From assembly GCA_965208575.1 (NCBI GenBank), contig CBDBOV010000002.1, forward strand, positions 704,001 to 768,000: 64,000 bases of DNA, written 5' to 3'. A program made the position numbers and the translations under genes. The notes below the pieces were generated by a model. It saw nothing but the letters and a program-made list of their open reading frames with translations. It searched no databases and was not told the origin of the DNA. This stretch comes from Spirochaetia bacterium (lineage in GTDB: Bacteria > Spirochaetota > Spirochaetia > SZUA-6 > Bin103). This document shows, one piece after another, positions 1 to 9,335 of the stretch (position 1 is its first letter; each line of letters begins with the position of its first letter).

Positions 1-91
1 GCCGCTCGCCGCCGAGGTGCAGGCGTTCGTCGCTGCCGTGGCCCCCGCCGATTCCTGACCGCCGGAGTGAAGATCGCACGGGAACAGGCCA

Positions 92-712
92 TTGCGTAGC
101 CGGCACATGGCGATGGCACTTGAAGAGTTCCGGCTCCTGAAGAGGAAACCGGGGTGGAAGTACGAGTATTGGAACGGTGAGGCACACATCTCGCCGGGAC
201 ATCGGGTGGTCACCATGTCCCTCGACATAGAGCCACGCTCCTGCCAAAGCCCTTGTCAGATCGGGCCCGTGGTGACGCGGCGCGAAGCGGAGTTGATTGC
301 CGCCTACTTGGCGGCCTTCAGAGACACCATCGAGTACTGCGATTGGGAGGAGGAGAGAATCGCCGATTCGGCCAACAAGAGCGTCGTCGAATTTCTTGCC
401 GGTGAACGCGGCGATCCTCTCGCGGCGTCACGCCTGGCTCTGATCTGCCATCCCGAAGCCGACGGGAGAGTGGTGGGTGGTGCTGCCCTCCTGGTCGAAA
501 CGGATGACAAATGTCCACTCTTGGATATGCTCTTCGTTGCTCCGGAGTGGCAACGCCGGGGGATAGCCACCGCCTTGGTGTCGTCGGCGGTCAATCAATT
601 GCACGGCCGGGGATACAGGCGTCTGAAGAGCCGGTACATGCTCGGCAACGACAAGAGCCGGGCCTGGCACGAAGGGTTCGGATTCTCTCCCATCCCCGAA
701 GGTAGACCATAG
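92..712 (+). CDS. GNAT family N-acetyltransferase
   Basis: Acetyl-CoA motif LFVAPEWQRRGIATALV and C-terminal N..S..W....GF; start could be ATG at 107. Confidence 0.85.
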   Translation: MRSRHMAMALEEFRLLKRKPGWKYEYWNGEAHISPGHRVVTMSLDIEPRSCQSPCQIGPVVTRREAELIAAYLAAFRDTIEYCDWEEERIADSANKSVVEFLAGERGDPLAASRLALICHPEADGRVVGGAALLVETDDKCPLLDMLFVAPEWQRRGIATALVSSAVNQLHGRGYRRLKSRYMLGNDKSRAWHEGFGFSPIPEGRP

Positions 713-836
713 AGCCCCGCAGGGGTCCGAACGCCGGTAACAGCAGAACTGGCATGGCCGGAATCGACGACCGACAGCTTGCAGGAGCGCACGACTGGCG
801 GCCAACTCCGCACGCGGCCACGGCGTGGAGGCGGCG

Positions 837-3449
837 CTACCGCGACGGCTCGGGCGGCGGAGCTGCTCCGTAGCCGTGGCACATGCGGTGGTGTGCCAGG
901 CACGCGAGAGCCAGGTTCTCCGGCTCCGGGCCGCCCCCGTCGGCAACCGGCAGCAGGTGGTGGATCTGTAGCAGGTGGGACGAATTGCAGCGGCGACCGG
1001 TGAGCGGGTCCCGATAGCAGCAGCGCCCCCCGTCGCGCAGCCAGACGTGACGCCGGACAGCCGCCGGAATGGAGCGCCGCGGCGGCGACCGGCGCGGGCC
1101 GAGCGGAGCATCGCGGGTGCACTGCGGCGATGCTCCCCCCGGTGAGCCGCCCGCCCCACGCGCAGGCGGCACGCCGCTGACCAACTTCGGCGCCGCAGCC
1201 GTGGCCAACCGGATCGGCATGGCACCAGTACCGTCGGCGGAGCCGTCGCCGGCCAACTTCGGCGCCGCAGTCGTGGCCGGCCGGATCGGCGTGGCACCAG
1301 CGCCGTCGGCGGGGCCGCCGCTGACCAACTTCGGCGCCGCAGTCGTGGCCGGCCGGATCGGCGTGGCACCAGCGCCGTCGGCGGGGCCGCCGCTGACCAA
1401 CTTCGGCGCCGCAGTCGTGCCCGGCCGGATCGGCGTGGCACCGGCGCCGTCGGCGGGGCCGCCGCCGGCCAACTTCGGCGCCGCAGCCGTTGCCGGCCGG
1501 ATCGGCGTCGCATCAGCGCCATCGGCGGGGCCGCCGCCGGCGCTCCGACCCTCCGGCGCCGCAGCAACGGCGGGCGGGGCCGAAGCAGCGCCACCCGCGC
1601 GGGTGCCAACTGCCCGTGTACCGCCCGCCGGGGCGGCGGGCGCAACGCCGCGCACCGGGCGAGCGTTGGGGGACGCCGCCGCCCGCGGCAGCTCCCCGGC
1701 GGACGCGGGCGCGCCCCGTGGCGCCGGAGTATCGCCGCCCCCACCCACGGCGGCCGCCGCCACGACCGAGGGTGTGCTGGTCCGCTCCCGCCGCGACGAT
1801 GCTGCCGTGCCGCCCGAACGCCCCCGCCTGCCACCGCCGCCGCGCGGGTCGTGCCGCGCCACCGCCTCGCGCACCAGCCGCGCCACCAAGTCCCCCCACG
1901 ACATGCGCGGGTCGACGTGCGACAGCCAGTTCTTCAGTTGGCGCAGTCCCTGCTCGCACTCCTGGTCGATGCTCACCTTCAACGTGTAGCGGTCCGGCGC
2001 CACCGCACGCAGCGTGTCGCGCGGCGGCGCCACCTGCGGAGCGGCACTGGCCAGCAGGCCGGCGACCTGGCGCGTGGTCATGCCGGCGGCCTGCTCGATC
2101 AGCTCGCGCTGCCGCCGCGGGTGCAGCAGCGCGGCGGCGGACAACGGCCCGGCGGACCGCTCGGGGCTGGAACACGGTTCCGGGTTGGAACAAAGTTCCG
2201 GGTTCCGATCACCCCGCGACGGCGCCGGTGCGAGCGCAGCGGTGCGCCGCGGCTCCGATGCGGCCACGACCGGCAACGGGACCGGCTCGGCGCCACTCGC
2301 CGGCGGTGGAAGTGGCGCGGCCGGGCCTTGGTCCGAGGAGGCCACGGCGGGACCGGGAGCGCGCAACGGTGCCCGTGCAGCCGCGTGGCTCGCCACCGGC
2401 ACCACCGGCGTGGTCGCCGCCTCGTTACCCGTGAGCCCGGGCCGCGGTACACGCCCCGGCGCCGCGGGCGGTGGCGCGTGCAGGGTGGTGGGCGTCGAAG
2501 CCGGTGCAGCGCCCGAGGTGGCGGCACTCGAGTCCAATCGGCCCACCGGCTGCGCACCCGCGGCTGCCGGGCCGGCACCGACTGCCGCCGAGTCGTCCGA
2601 CGACGGCCTGCAACGGTCGCTCTCCGCATGCCGGTCCCCGCGGCCTCCGGCGTCACCGGGCGACCGCGCCACCGGCCCGTCCGGCGGTCGGCTGCAGCCG
2701 TCGCTCACGGTGTGCCGGTCTTCGCGGCCCCCGGCGGCACGGGACGACCGCGCCGCCGAGTCGTCCGACGATGGCCTGCAACGGTCGCTCTCCGCATGCC
2801 GGTCGTCGCGGCCTCCGGCGTCACCGAGCGACCCCGCCACCGGCTCGTCCGACGATGGTCTGCAACGGTCGTTCCCGGTATGCCGGTCCCCGCAGCCCCC
2901 GGCGTCACCGAGCGCCCCCGCCTCCTGTTCGACGGCGGCCACGCCGGGCCGCGCCGATGCCGTCCCCGCCGCGGCACCGGCCATCCCCGCTCCCGACGCT
3001 TCGCCATCCTGGTCTCCCGCTCCGCCCGGCGCAGCAGGTAGCCCATGCAGACCTTGGCAGCGCTCCTGATCGACGGGCGCGCTCGCTCTCCTGCACTGGC
3101 GCTCGGCGGCGCCAAACGCGGTCTCCAACTGCGCCGCCGACGTCACACTCAGCTCGCCGCTGTGCAGCATGGCCCGCACCCAGCCATGCCGCCGGCACAG
3201 CCTCATGGTCTGAATACGCCGTTGCGCGGCCGCATCGGTGAAGCGCAACTCCCGCACCGCGTAGTCGAACAGGCTCGAGAACCCGCGCCGCAGCGCCAGC
3301 CCGCGACGGTCGATCTCGTCGAGATGGTCCAGGATGTGCACTTCGAGGCCGCGCTGGTTGGCCGCCAGGCGCCTGGTCTGCTCGAGGAGCTGCTGATCAC
3401 CGAGTGAGTTGAAAGGTCGTCTGCCGGTCCCGCCGGTCATGTTTAACAT
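837..3449 (-). CDS. HNH endonuclease with DUF222-like helical N-terminus and low-complexity repeat linkers
   Basis: N-term LGDQQLL...HLDEIDRRGLALRRGFSSLFDY...AAQRRI; C-term RRSIPAAVRRHVWLRDGGRC...C...LQIHH..P...GG....NL...C..HH. Confidence 0.85.
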   Translation of the reverse strand: MLNMTGGTGRRPFNSLGDQQLLEQTRRLAANQRGLEVHILDHLDEIDRRGLALRRGFSSLFDYAVRELRFTDAAAQRRIQTMRLCRRHGWVRAMLHSGELSVTSAAQLETAFGAAERQCRRASAPVDQERCQGLHGLPAAPGGAGDQDGEASGAGMAGAAAGTASARPGVAAVEQEAGALGDAGGCGDRHTGNDRCRPSSDEPVAGSLGDAGGRDDRHAESDRCRPSSDDSAARSSRAAGGREDRHTVSDGCSRPPDGPVARSPGDAGGRGDRHAESDRCRPSSDDSAAVGAGPAAAGAQPVGRLDSSAATSGAAPASTPTTLHAPPPAAPGRVPRPGLTGNEAATTPVVPVASHAAARAPLRAPGPAVASSDQGPAAPLPPPASGAEPVPLPVVAASEPRRTAALAPAPSRGDRNPELCSNPEPCSSPERSAGPLSAAALLHPRRQRELIEQAAGMTTRQVAGLLASAAPQVAPPRDTLRAVAPDRYTLKVSIDQECEQGLRQLKNWLSHVDPRMSWGDLVARLVREAVARHDPRGGGGRRGRSGGTAASSRRERTSTPSVVAAAAVGGGGDTPAPRGAPASAGELPRAAASPNARPVRGVAPAAPAGGTRAVGTRAGGAASAPPAVAAAPEGRSAGGGPADGADATPIRPATAAAPKLAGGGPADGAGATPIRPGTTAAPKLVSGGPADGAGATPIRPATTAAPKLVSGGPADGAGATPIRPATTAAPKLAGDGSADGTGAMPIRLATAAAPKLVSGVPPARGAGGSPGGASPQCTRDAPLGPRRSPPRRSIPAAVRRHVWLRDGGRCCYRDPLTGRRCNSSHLLQIHHLLPVADGGGPEPENLALACLAHHRMCHGYGAAPPPEPSR
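1177..1560 (-). repeat. 72 bp (24 aa) coding tandem repeat, ~5 units
   Basis: ccaacttcggcgccgcag at 1181, 1253, 1325, 1397, 1469; unit APKLVSGGPADGAGATPIRPATTA. Confidence 0.95.
2585..2920 (-). repeat. 84 bp (28 aa) coding tandem repeat, 4 units
   Basis: tgcaacggtcg-like core at 2609, 2693, 2777, 2861; unit GDAGGRxDRHxESDRCRPSSDD. Confidence 0.9.
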
Positions 3450-3480
3450 GTCTTAAATATAACACTGGTCTGTAGATAGC
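3450..3480 (-). promoter_or_regulatory. Extended -10 promoter (TGtTATATT) 6 nt before the HNH ATG; probably leaderless
   Basis: Minus strand gtgttatatttaagacATG; equivalent motif in copy 2. Confidence 0.55.
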
Positions 3481-3958
3481 ACTTTCTTGCAGGTCCTCGA
3501 CCCGGTACCGGCAGCGCCCGTGGAGCGCGAATTGGCGGCTCCAGGGGCACGCGCTCGGCCACTTGACGGGCGCACACCATTGCCGGACTTCACGGCCCGC
3601 CAGGGGCCTTCAGCGGCAGCGGAAAAGTGCGTCAACCCCTGCGCCCGATTTTCTGCAGTTATTTTGGTGCAGGTCGAACTCCGGCCACCGCGGCACGCAG
3701 GAACCACCCCACGCCGCAAAGATGGTCCGACCCTCCCGGTACGTGAGCCCTGACGACCACCGGCGCCGCGGCAGCCTGCCCGGTCCCCCATCTGCTGCCG
3801 TGCCGACCGGAGCGGTGGGGTGAGACCGGTGCGTGCCGACTTCGTCAACCGCCACCACCGCCTTTCGCAATCGCACCGGCGCCCGCAGGTGCAAGAGGAC
3901 GCGTGTACCCCGATTGCGGTAGCATCGCGCCTGAGAGAGCGAGAGGGGGAGCATCGTC

Positions 3959-4396
3959 ATGAGCGAGTACATTCCGAGTCCGGCGCAGTGGGTGCGCGAC
4001 CAGGTGGAGCTGTATGAAGGCAGCGGCGGCACCGAGGGGCTGACCCTGCGCGATACCGGGTTGCCGGTGATCATCGTGACGCACACGGGCAACAAGACCG
4101 GCGCCGTCCGCAAGACGCCGCTGATGCGGGTGGCGGACGGTGACGGTTACGTGCTGATCGGATCGCAGGGAGGCGCGCCGAAGAATCCGGTGTGGGTGTA
4201 CAACCTGCGCGCCAACCCGGCGGTGACGATCCGCGACGCGACCTCGGTCCAGGAGATGCGGGCGCGCGAGGTGCACGACGACGCGGAGCGGGCGCGGCTG
4301 TGGGTCCTGGCCGTGGCCGCCTTTCCGCCGTACGCCGACTACCAGGACAAGACCACGCGCCGGATACCGGTGTTTCGAGCCGAACCCGTCGCCTGA
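3959..4396 (+). CDS. Deazaflavin (F420)-dependent nitroreductase family protein (Ddn-like)
   Basis: Motifs G.KTG..RKTPL, GSQGGAPKNPVWVYNLRANP, YADYQ.KT.R.IPV. Confidence 0.9.
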   Translation: MSEYIPSPAQWVRDQVELYEGSGGTEGLTLRDTGLPVIIVTHTGNKTGAVRKTPLMRVADGDGYVLIGSQGGAPKNPVWVYNLRANPAVTIRDATSVQEMRAREVHDDAERARLWVLAVAAFPPYADYQDKTTRRIPVFRAEPVA

Positions 4397-4408
4397 TCCG
4401 GCGCCATC

Positions 4409-5239
4409 ATGGGATCGCTGGACGGCAAGGCCGCGCTGGTGACCGGGGCCGGCGGGCGCAACGGCATCGGCCGGGCGGTGGCGCTGCGGCTGGCGGAGGA
4501 CGGCGCGGACGTGGCGGTGAACGACCTGGTCGCCAGGCCGCGCGAGGGCAGCGACTGGGGAGGGCTGCCGGCGCTGGCCCGTGAGGTCGAGGCTCTGGGG
4601 CGCCGGTCGCTGGCCGTTACCGGCGACGTGGGCGACGCGGCGCAGGTGCAGGCGATGGTCGACCGGGTGGTCGACCAATTGGGCAGCCTGGACATCCTGG
4701 TGACGAACGCCGGCACTCCGGCCGGCCGCGACCGGGTGCCGATCGTGGAGTTGGAGGAGCAGCACTGGGACCGGGTGCTGCGGGTCAACGCCAAGGGCAC
4801 GTTCCTGTGCTGCCGGGCGGCGGCGCGGGTAATGATCGGCGCCGGTCGCGGCGGCCGCATCATCACCATGTCATCGGTTGCGGGCAAGCAGGGCCGGGCG
4901 CGGTTCGGCGCCTACGCTGCCTCCAAGTTCGCCGTCGTGGGGCTGACGCAGGCGCTCGCGCACGAGCTCGGCCCGCATGGCATCACCGTCAACGCGTTGT
5001 GTCCCGGCGTGATAGATACCGAGCGCTACCACGACATCGCGAACGCCACCCGCGACTCCGACACCTCCACCGAGGAGCGGCGCGCGCGCCTGTTCGCCGG
5101 CGCCGCCCGCGCCACGCCGCTGGGGCGGATCGGCAGCGCGGCCGACGTCGCCCGCGTGGCGGCGTTTCTGGCCGGCCCGGACAGCGGCTTCGTCACCGGC
5201 CTTGCCGTGCCGGTGGCCGGCGGCCTGTACATGCAGTAG
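4409..5239 (+). CDS. SDR family oxidoreductase
   Basis: TGAGGRNGIG, TNAG, YAASK motifs. Confidence 0.95.
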   Translation: MGSLDGKAALVTGAGGRNGIGRAVALRLAEDGADVAVNDLVARPREGSDWGGLPALAREVEALGRRSLAVTGDVGDAAQVQAMVDRVVDQLGSLDILVTNAGTPAGRDRVPIVELEEQHWDRVLRVNAKGTFLCCRAAARVMIGAGRGGRIITMSSVAGKQGRARFGAYAASKFAVVGLTQALAHELGPHGITVNALCPGVIDTERYHDIANATRDSDTSTEERRARLFAGAARATPLGRIGSAADVARVAAFLAGPDSGFVTGLAVPVAGGLYMQ

Positions 5240-5336
5240 CCGCGCCGCGCCGCCCCGCGCCGCCGGCACCGTTCCGGTTGGTTGACCGGGGCGGGGTGCG
5301 TCGCTAAGGTTCCCCGTTGTCGGGGATCGAAGCGCC

Positions 5337-6335
5337 GTGATTCAGTACTTCATACGCCGCGTCGGCTACATGCTGGTAACCCTGCTGGGAATATCGATCC
5401 TGGCGTTCGTCATCATCCAGGCGCCGCCCGGCGACTATCTCGACATCTACATCCAGCAGCTTCGCGAGCGCGGCATCGAGACCGACCGCGAGGAGCTGGC
5501 CGGCCTGGAGGCGCGCTACGGGCTCAACCAGCCGGTACTGGTCCAGTACTTCAAGTGGATGGGCAACCTGATCACGCTTGACCTGGGCAAGTCGCTGGCC
5601 ACGCAACAGAGGGTGATCGACATCCTCGGCGAACGGGTGCCGCTGACCGCCATGATCACGCTGCTCACCACCGTGTTCACCTTTGCCGTGGCGATACCGA
5701 TCGGCATCTACGCCGCCACCCACCAGTACTCGCTGACCGACTACTCGGTGTCGACGCTCGGCTTCATCGGCCTGGCGACGCCCAACTTCCTGCTCGCCCT
5801 GATCCTGATGTTCCTGGCCAGCCGCTGGCTGGGGGTCAGCATCGGCGGCCTGTACTCGCCGGAGATGGTGACCGCGCCGTTCAGCTTGGCCAAGCTGTGG
5901 GACCTGATCAAGCACCTGCCGGTGCCGATCATCGTGGTGGGCACCGCCGGAACCGCGGGGCTGATCCGCATCATGCGCGCCACCATGCTCGACGAGCTGC
6001 GCAAGCAATACGTGATCACGGCGCGGTCGAAGGGCGTCGAAGAGGGGCGCCTGCTGTTCAAGTACCCGGTGCGGATCGCGGTCAATCCCCTGGTCAGCAC
6101 CATCGGCTGGCTGCTGCCGGAGATCATCTCCGGGGAGACCGTCACCGCGGTCGTGCTGAGTCTGCCCACCGTGGGGCCGCTGCTGCTCACCGCCCTGCTG
6201 CAGCAGGACATGTACCTGGCCGGCAGCATCATCATGGTGCTGAGCCTGCTCGTCGTGATCGGGACGCTGATCTCCGACATGCTGCTGGCGGTGGTCGATC
6301 CGCGCATCCGGATGGAGCGCAAGGCGGCGGCGTGA
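5337..6335 (+). CDS. Peptide/oligosaccharide ABC transporter permease (DppB/OppB-like)
   Basis: N-term FIRR...PPGD, YGLNQP..VQY..W; EAA-like YVITARSKG; C-term DPRIR. Confidence 0.93.
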   Translation: MIQYFIRRVGYMLVTLLGISILAFVIIQAPPGDYLDIYIQQLRERGIETDREELAGLEARYGLNQPVLVQYFKWMGNLITLDLGKSLATQQRVIDILGERVPLTAMITLLTTVFTFAVAIPIGIYAATHQYSLTDYSVSTLGFIGLATPNFLLALILMFLASRWLGVSIGGLYSPEMVTAPFSLAKLWDLIKHLPVPIIVVGTAGTAGLIRIMRATMLDELRKQYVITARSKGVEEGRLLFKYPVRIAVNPLVSTIGWLLPEIISGETVTAVVLSLPTVGPLLLTALLQQDMYLAGSIIMVLSLLVVIGTLISDMLLAVVDPRIRMERKAAA

Positions 6336-7468
6336 GCACGGGTCTCGACCTGCCGGTACCGGAAACCGCCGCCACCGACCAACGGCAGGAGCAGTACTTC
6401 GTCGCCTCCCAGTGGCAACTGGTGTGGCGCAAGTTCCGCCGCCACCACCTGGCGTTGCTGGGTATGAGCATCCTCGCCGTGCTCTACCTCCTGGCGGCGT
6501 TCGCCGAGTTCTTCGCCCCCTACGACAAGCTGCTGCGCAACACCGACCTTCGCTTCGCGCCTCCGCAGCGGATCCGGATTTTCGAGAACGGCCGGCTCAG
6601 CGCGCCCTTCGTGTATGGCTACACCACCGAGCGCAACCCGGAGACCTTCCGCGAGGAGTTCACGGTCGACGAGAGTCAGCGGTTCCGCATCGGCCTGTTC
6701 GTGCGCGCCGGCGAGTACCGCCTGTGGGGCCTGTTCAAGACCGACCTGCACTTTTTCGGCACCCGCGACGAGGGCGGTTACGTGTACCTGCTCGGTACCG
6801 AGCGGCTCGGCCGCGACGTGTTGTCGCGCATCATCATCGCGTCGCGCATCTCGCTGAGTGTCGGCCTGGTAGGGGTGTTCATCGCCTTCATACTCGGCTG
6901 CCTGCTCGGCGGCCTGTCAGGCTATCTCGGCGGCTGGGTGGACAACACCATCCAGCGGCTGGTGGAGATCCTGATCTCGGTGCCCACCATCCCGCTGTGG
7001 CTGGCGCTGAGCGCCGCCCTGCCCGCGACCTGGTCGATCGTTGCCGTCTACTTCGGCATCACGGTGATCCTGTCGCTGATCGGCTGGACCGGTTTGGCGC
7101 GCGTGGTGCGCGGCAAGCTGCTGGAGGTGCGCGAAGCCGACTTCGTGCTGGCCGCGCGCATCGCCGGCAAGCGCGAGATGCCGATCATCCGCGAGCACCT
7201 GCTGCCCTCCTTCACCAGCTACCTGGTAGTGGACATGTCGCTGCGCATCCCGGGCATGATCCTCGGCGAAACCGCGCTGAGCTTCCTCGGTTTCGGCATT
7301 CGCCCGCCGGCGGTGAGCCTCGGGTCGCTGCTGATCGACGCCCAGAACGTGGCCACCCTCACCACCCACCCGTGGATGCTGATGCCCGCGCTGCTGGTGA
7401 TCGTGATCGTGCTGTGCTTCAACTTCGTCGGCGACGGCCTGCGCGACTCCGCCGACCCCTACCACTAG
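6332..7468 (+). CDS. ABC transporter permease (DppC/OppC-like)
   Basis: GTG overlaps the upstream TGA; LLGTERLGRDVLSR, ETALSFLG, FNFVGDGLRD. Confidence 0.93.
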   Translation: MSTGLDLPVPETAATDQRQEQYFVASQWQLVWRKFRRHHLALLGMSILAVLYLLAAFAEFFAPYDKLLRNTDLRFAPPQRIRIFENGRLSAPFVYGYTTERNPETFREEFTVDESQRFRIGLFVRAGEYRLWGLFKTDLHFFGTRDEGGYVYLLGTERLGRDVLSRIIIASRISLSVGLVGVFIAFILGCLLGGLSGYLGGWVDNTIQRLVEILISVPTIPLWLALSAALPATWSIVAVYFGITVILSLIGWTGLARVVRGKLLEVREADFVLAARIAGKREMPIIREHLLPSFTSYLVVDMSLRIPGMILGETALSFLGFGIRPPAVSLGSLLIDAQNVATLTTHPWMLMPALLVIVIVLCFNFVGDGLRDSADPYH

Positions 7469-8115
7469 GCGCCCGGGACGAAGGTGAGGTAGCGCAGCAG
7501 GGTGCCGGCCAGCGCCATGAGCCGGGAGAACACCGGTACGCCGACGATGCCGAGCAGGATCAGCCCGAGCAGCAGGTAGGAGCCGAAGCGCGCGTTGTAG
7601 TGGCGGTAGGCGTCGGCGGCGCGCGCCGGCAGCAGGTGGGGCAGGATGTAATGGCCGTCGAGCGGGCCGAGCGGGATCAGGTTGAACAGCATCAGCAGCA
7701 GGTTGACCCGCGCGAGCAGCACGAAGAAGGTGACCGGCCCCTCGGCAAAGAACAGGTCCACGCCGGCGGCGCGCAGCAGCAGGAACAGGTTCCAGGTAAG
7801 CACGGCGAGCAGCAGGTTGGCGGCCGGGCCGGCGGCGGCAATCCACAGATCGGCGCGCGGAGTGCGGAAGTTGCGCGGGTCGGTGGGCACCGGGCGGGCG
7901 TAGCCGAAGCCGACCAGGACCACCATCGCCAGGCCCATCGGATCGATGTGGCGCACCGGGTTGAGGGTGAGCCGGCCCGCGTACTCGGCGGTGCGGTCGC
8001 CGTTCAGCTTGGCCACGTAGGCGTGGCCGAATTCGTGCACCGACAGCGATGCGATCAGCGCCGCCACCAGGAGCCCGAACAGCAGGACCTCGCCCCGAAA
8101 CAACAGCTCGATCAT
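7465..8115 (-). CDS. Site-2 protease (M50) family protein
   Basis: HEFGH, GRLTLNP, FNLIPLGPLDG. Confidence 0.93.
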   Translation of the reverse strand: MIELLFRGEVLLFGLLVAALIASLSVHEFGHAYVAKLNGDRTAEYAGRLTLNPVRHIDPMGLAMVVLVGFGYARPVPTDPRNFRTPRADLWIAAAGPAANLLLAVLTWNLFLLLRAAGVDLFFAEGPVTFFVLLARVNLLLMLFNLIPLGPLDGHYILPHLLPARAADAYRHYNARFGSYLLLGLILLGIVGVPVFSRLMALAGTLLRYLTFVPGA

Positions 8116-8262
8116 CGCGACTCACGCCCCTCCAACAGCCAACGGCAAGACCTCGCCTCGAAACAGCAGCTCGATCATCGCGTCGCGAGCGCCTCCAACG
8201 TGAACGGCGGCCCCTCGCCGCGCAATAGCAGCTCGATCATCGTGCGGCGGATGCCTCGAGGT
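8087..8262 (-). repeat. Three imperfect 62-63 bp tandem copies of the NHL-stop/S2P-start junction
   Basis: cagctcgatcatcg at 8104, 8167, 8229. Confidence 0.85.
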
Positions 8263-9172
8263 CATGGCGCAGCACCACGTGGTGGTAGCGGTCCGCGGTG
8301 TACAGGGAGCCCGGCGCCCACGCCAGCGGCCCGATGATGGCGCGCCGGCCGAGGCTGACGTAGCCGGCGGCGATGGCGGGTTCGAAGGTGCCGTCCGGTG
8401 CGATCACCTGGATGCGGTAGTTGGAGCGGTCGGCCACGTACACGCGGTCGCGGTCGTCCACCACCAGCCCGGACGGGAAGATGAACGCGCCGCCGCTGCG
8501 CCCGCGCTCGCCCCACTCGGCCACGAACGCGCCCTCGGCGGTGAACTTCTGCACCCGGTGGTTGTGCGCGTCCGCGACCCACACGTTGCCGAACGAGTCC
8601 ACGGCAACGGCGCGCACCTCCCGGAACTCGCCGGGCCGTGGACCCTCGCGTCCCCAGGCGGCGAGGAAGGCGCCGTCGCCGGTGAAGCGCTGGATGCGGT
8701 GGTTGCCGGTATCGGCCACGTACACGCTCCCGTCCGGCGCCGCGGCGATCGCGCGCGGGCGGGCGAACTGCCCCGGACCGCTGCCGTTGCCGCCCCAGGT
8801 GGTCAGCAACTCGCCGGCGGCGCTGAACTTCTGCACCCGGTGGGTGGTGAACTCCACCGTGTAGACGGCCCCGTCGCCGCCGACGGCAAGCCCGCTCAGC
8901 CCGAGGAACTGCCCCGGCTCCGATCCCCAGGAGCCGAACGCGTCCACGAACTCGCCGTCGCCGGTCAGCTTCTGCACGCGGTGGTTGTCGGTGTCGGCGA
9001 CGTACAGAAACCCGGCGGCGTCGACGGCAATGTGCGCCGGGGTAAAGAACTCACCCGGCTCGAACCCGCGCGAACCGATAAGGGCTATCCTCTCGTCGTT
9101 GACCGCGCAACCCGCCCCGGCCACGACCAGGGCGAACAGCAGCAACAAACGGGTAGCGGCAATACGACGCAC
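8237..9172 (-). CDS. NHL-repeat six-bladed beta-propeller lipoprotein
   Basis: Lipobox-like VAGAGC; repeated G.GPGQF..P..IA...G.VYVADT.NHRIQ.F. Confidence 0.9.
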   Translation of the reverse strand: MRRIAATRLLLLFALVVAGAGCAVNDERIALIGSRGFEPGEFFTPAHIAVDAAGFLYVADTDNHRVQKLTGDGEFVDAFGSWGSEPGQFLGLSGLAVGGDGAVYTVEFTTHRVQKFSAAGELLTTWGGNGSGPGQFARPRAIAAAPDGSVYVADTGNHRIQRFTGDGAFLAAWGREGPRPGEFREVRAVAVDSFGNVWVADAHNHRVQKFTAEGAFVAEWGERGRSGGAFIFPSGLVVDDRDRVYVADRSNYRIQVIAPDGTFEPAIAAGYVSLGRRAIIGPLAWAPGSLYTADRYHHVVLRHDLEASAAR

Positions 9173-9335
9173 GGATCAATGGTCCGCAAGCAGCGCGCCA
9201 CAGGCAAGCCGGTGGCCTCCGCTGGCTATTGAATTCGCACAGCGGACGGGGGCGGCGCCGTGGGCGAGCGGAGGACGATGACTGGTACCTGATTTCGGGA
9301 TGCGTTGGGGTGACGAGAATAAGGGACCGTGACGG

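Larger units (their letters stand above)
715..3672 (-). mobile_element. Putative HNH-encoding repeated element, copy 1
   Basis: Reverse complement aligns with 10081-12934, including ~220 bp upstream and ~120 bp downstream of the ORF; similarity stops abruptly at both ends. Confidence 0.75.

Noticed and set aside
1177-1560. 72 bp periodic repeats (also 12030-12470) as a CRISPR or guide array
   Set aside because: Whole units are mutually similar with no unique spacers, they are in-frame coding repeats, and no cas genes are present
715-3672. Assignment of the HNH element to IscB/IS200-IS605, group II intron or a classical IS
   Set aside because: No RuvC/PLMP, Y1 HUH, reverse transcriptase or DDE motifs and no TIR or TSD are visible
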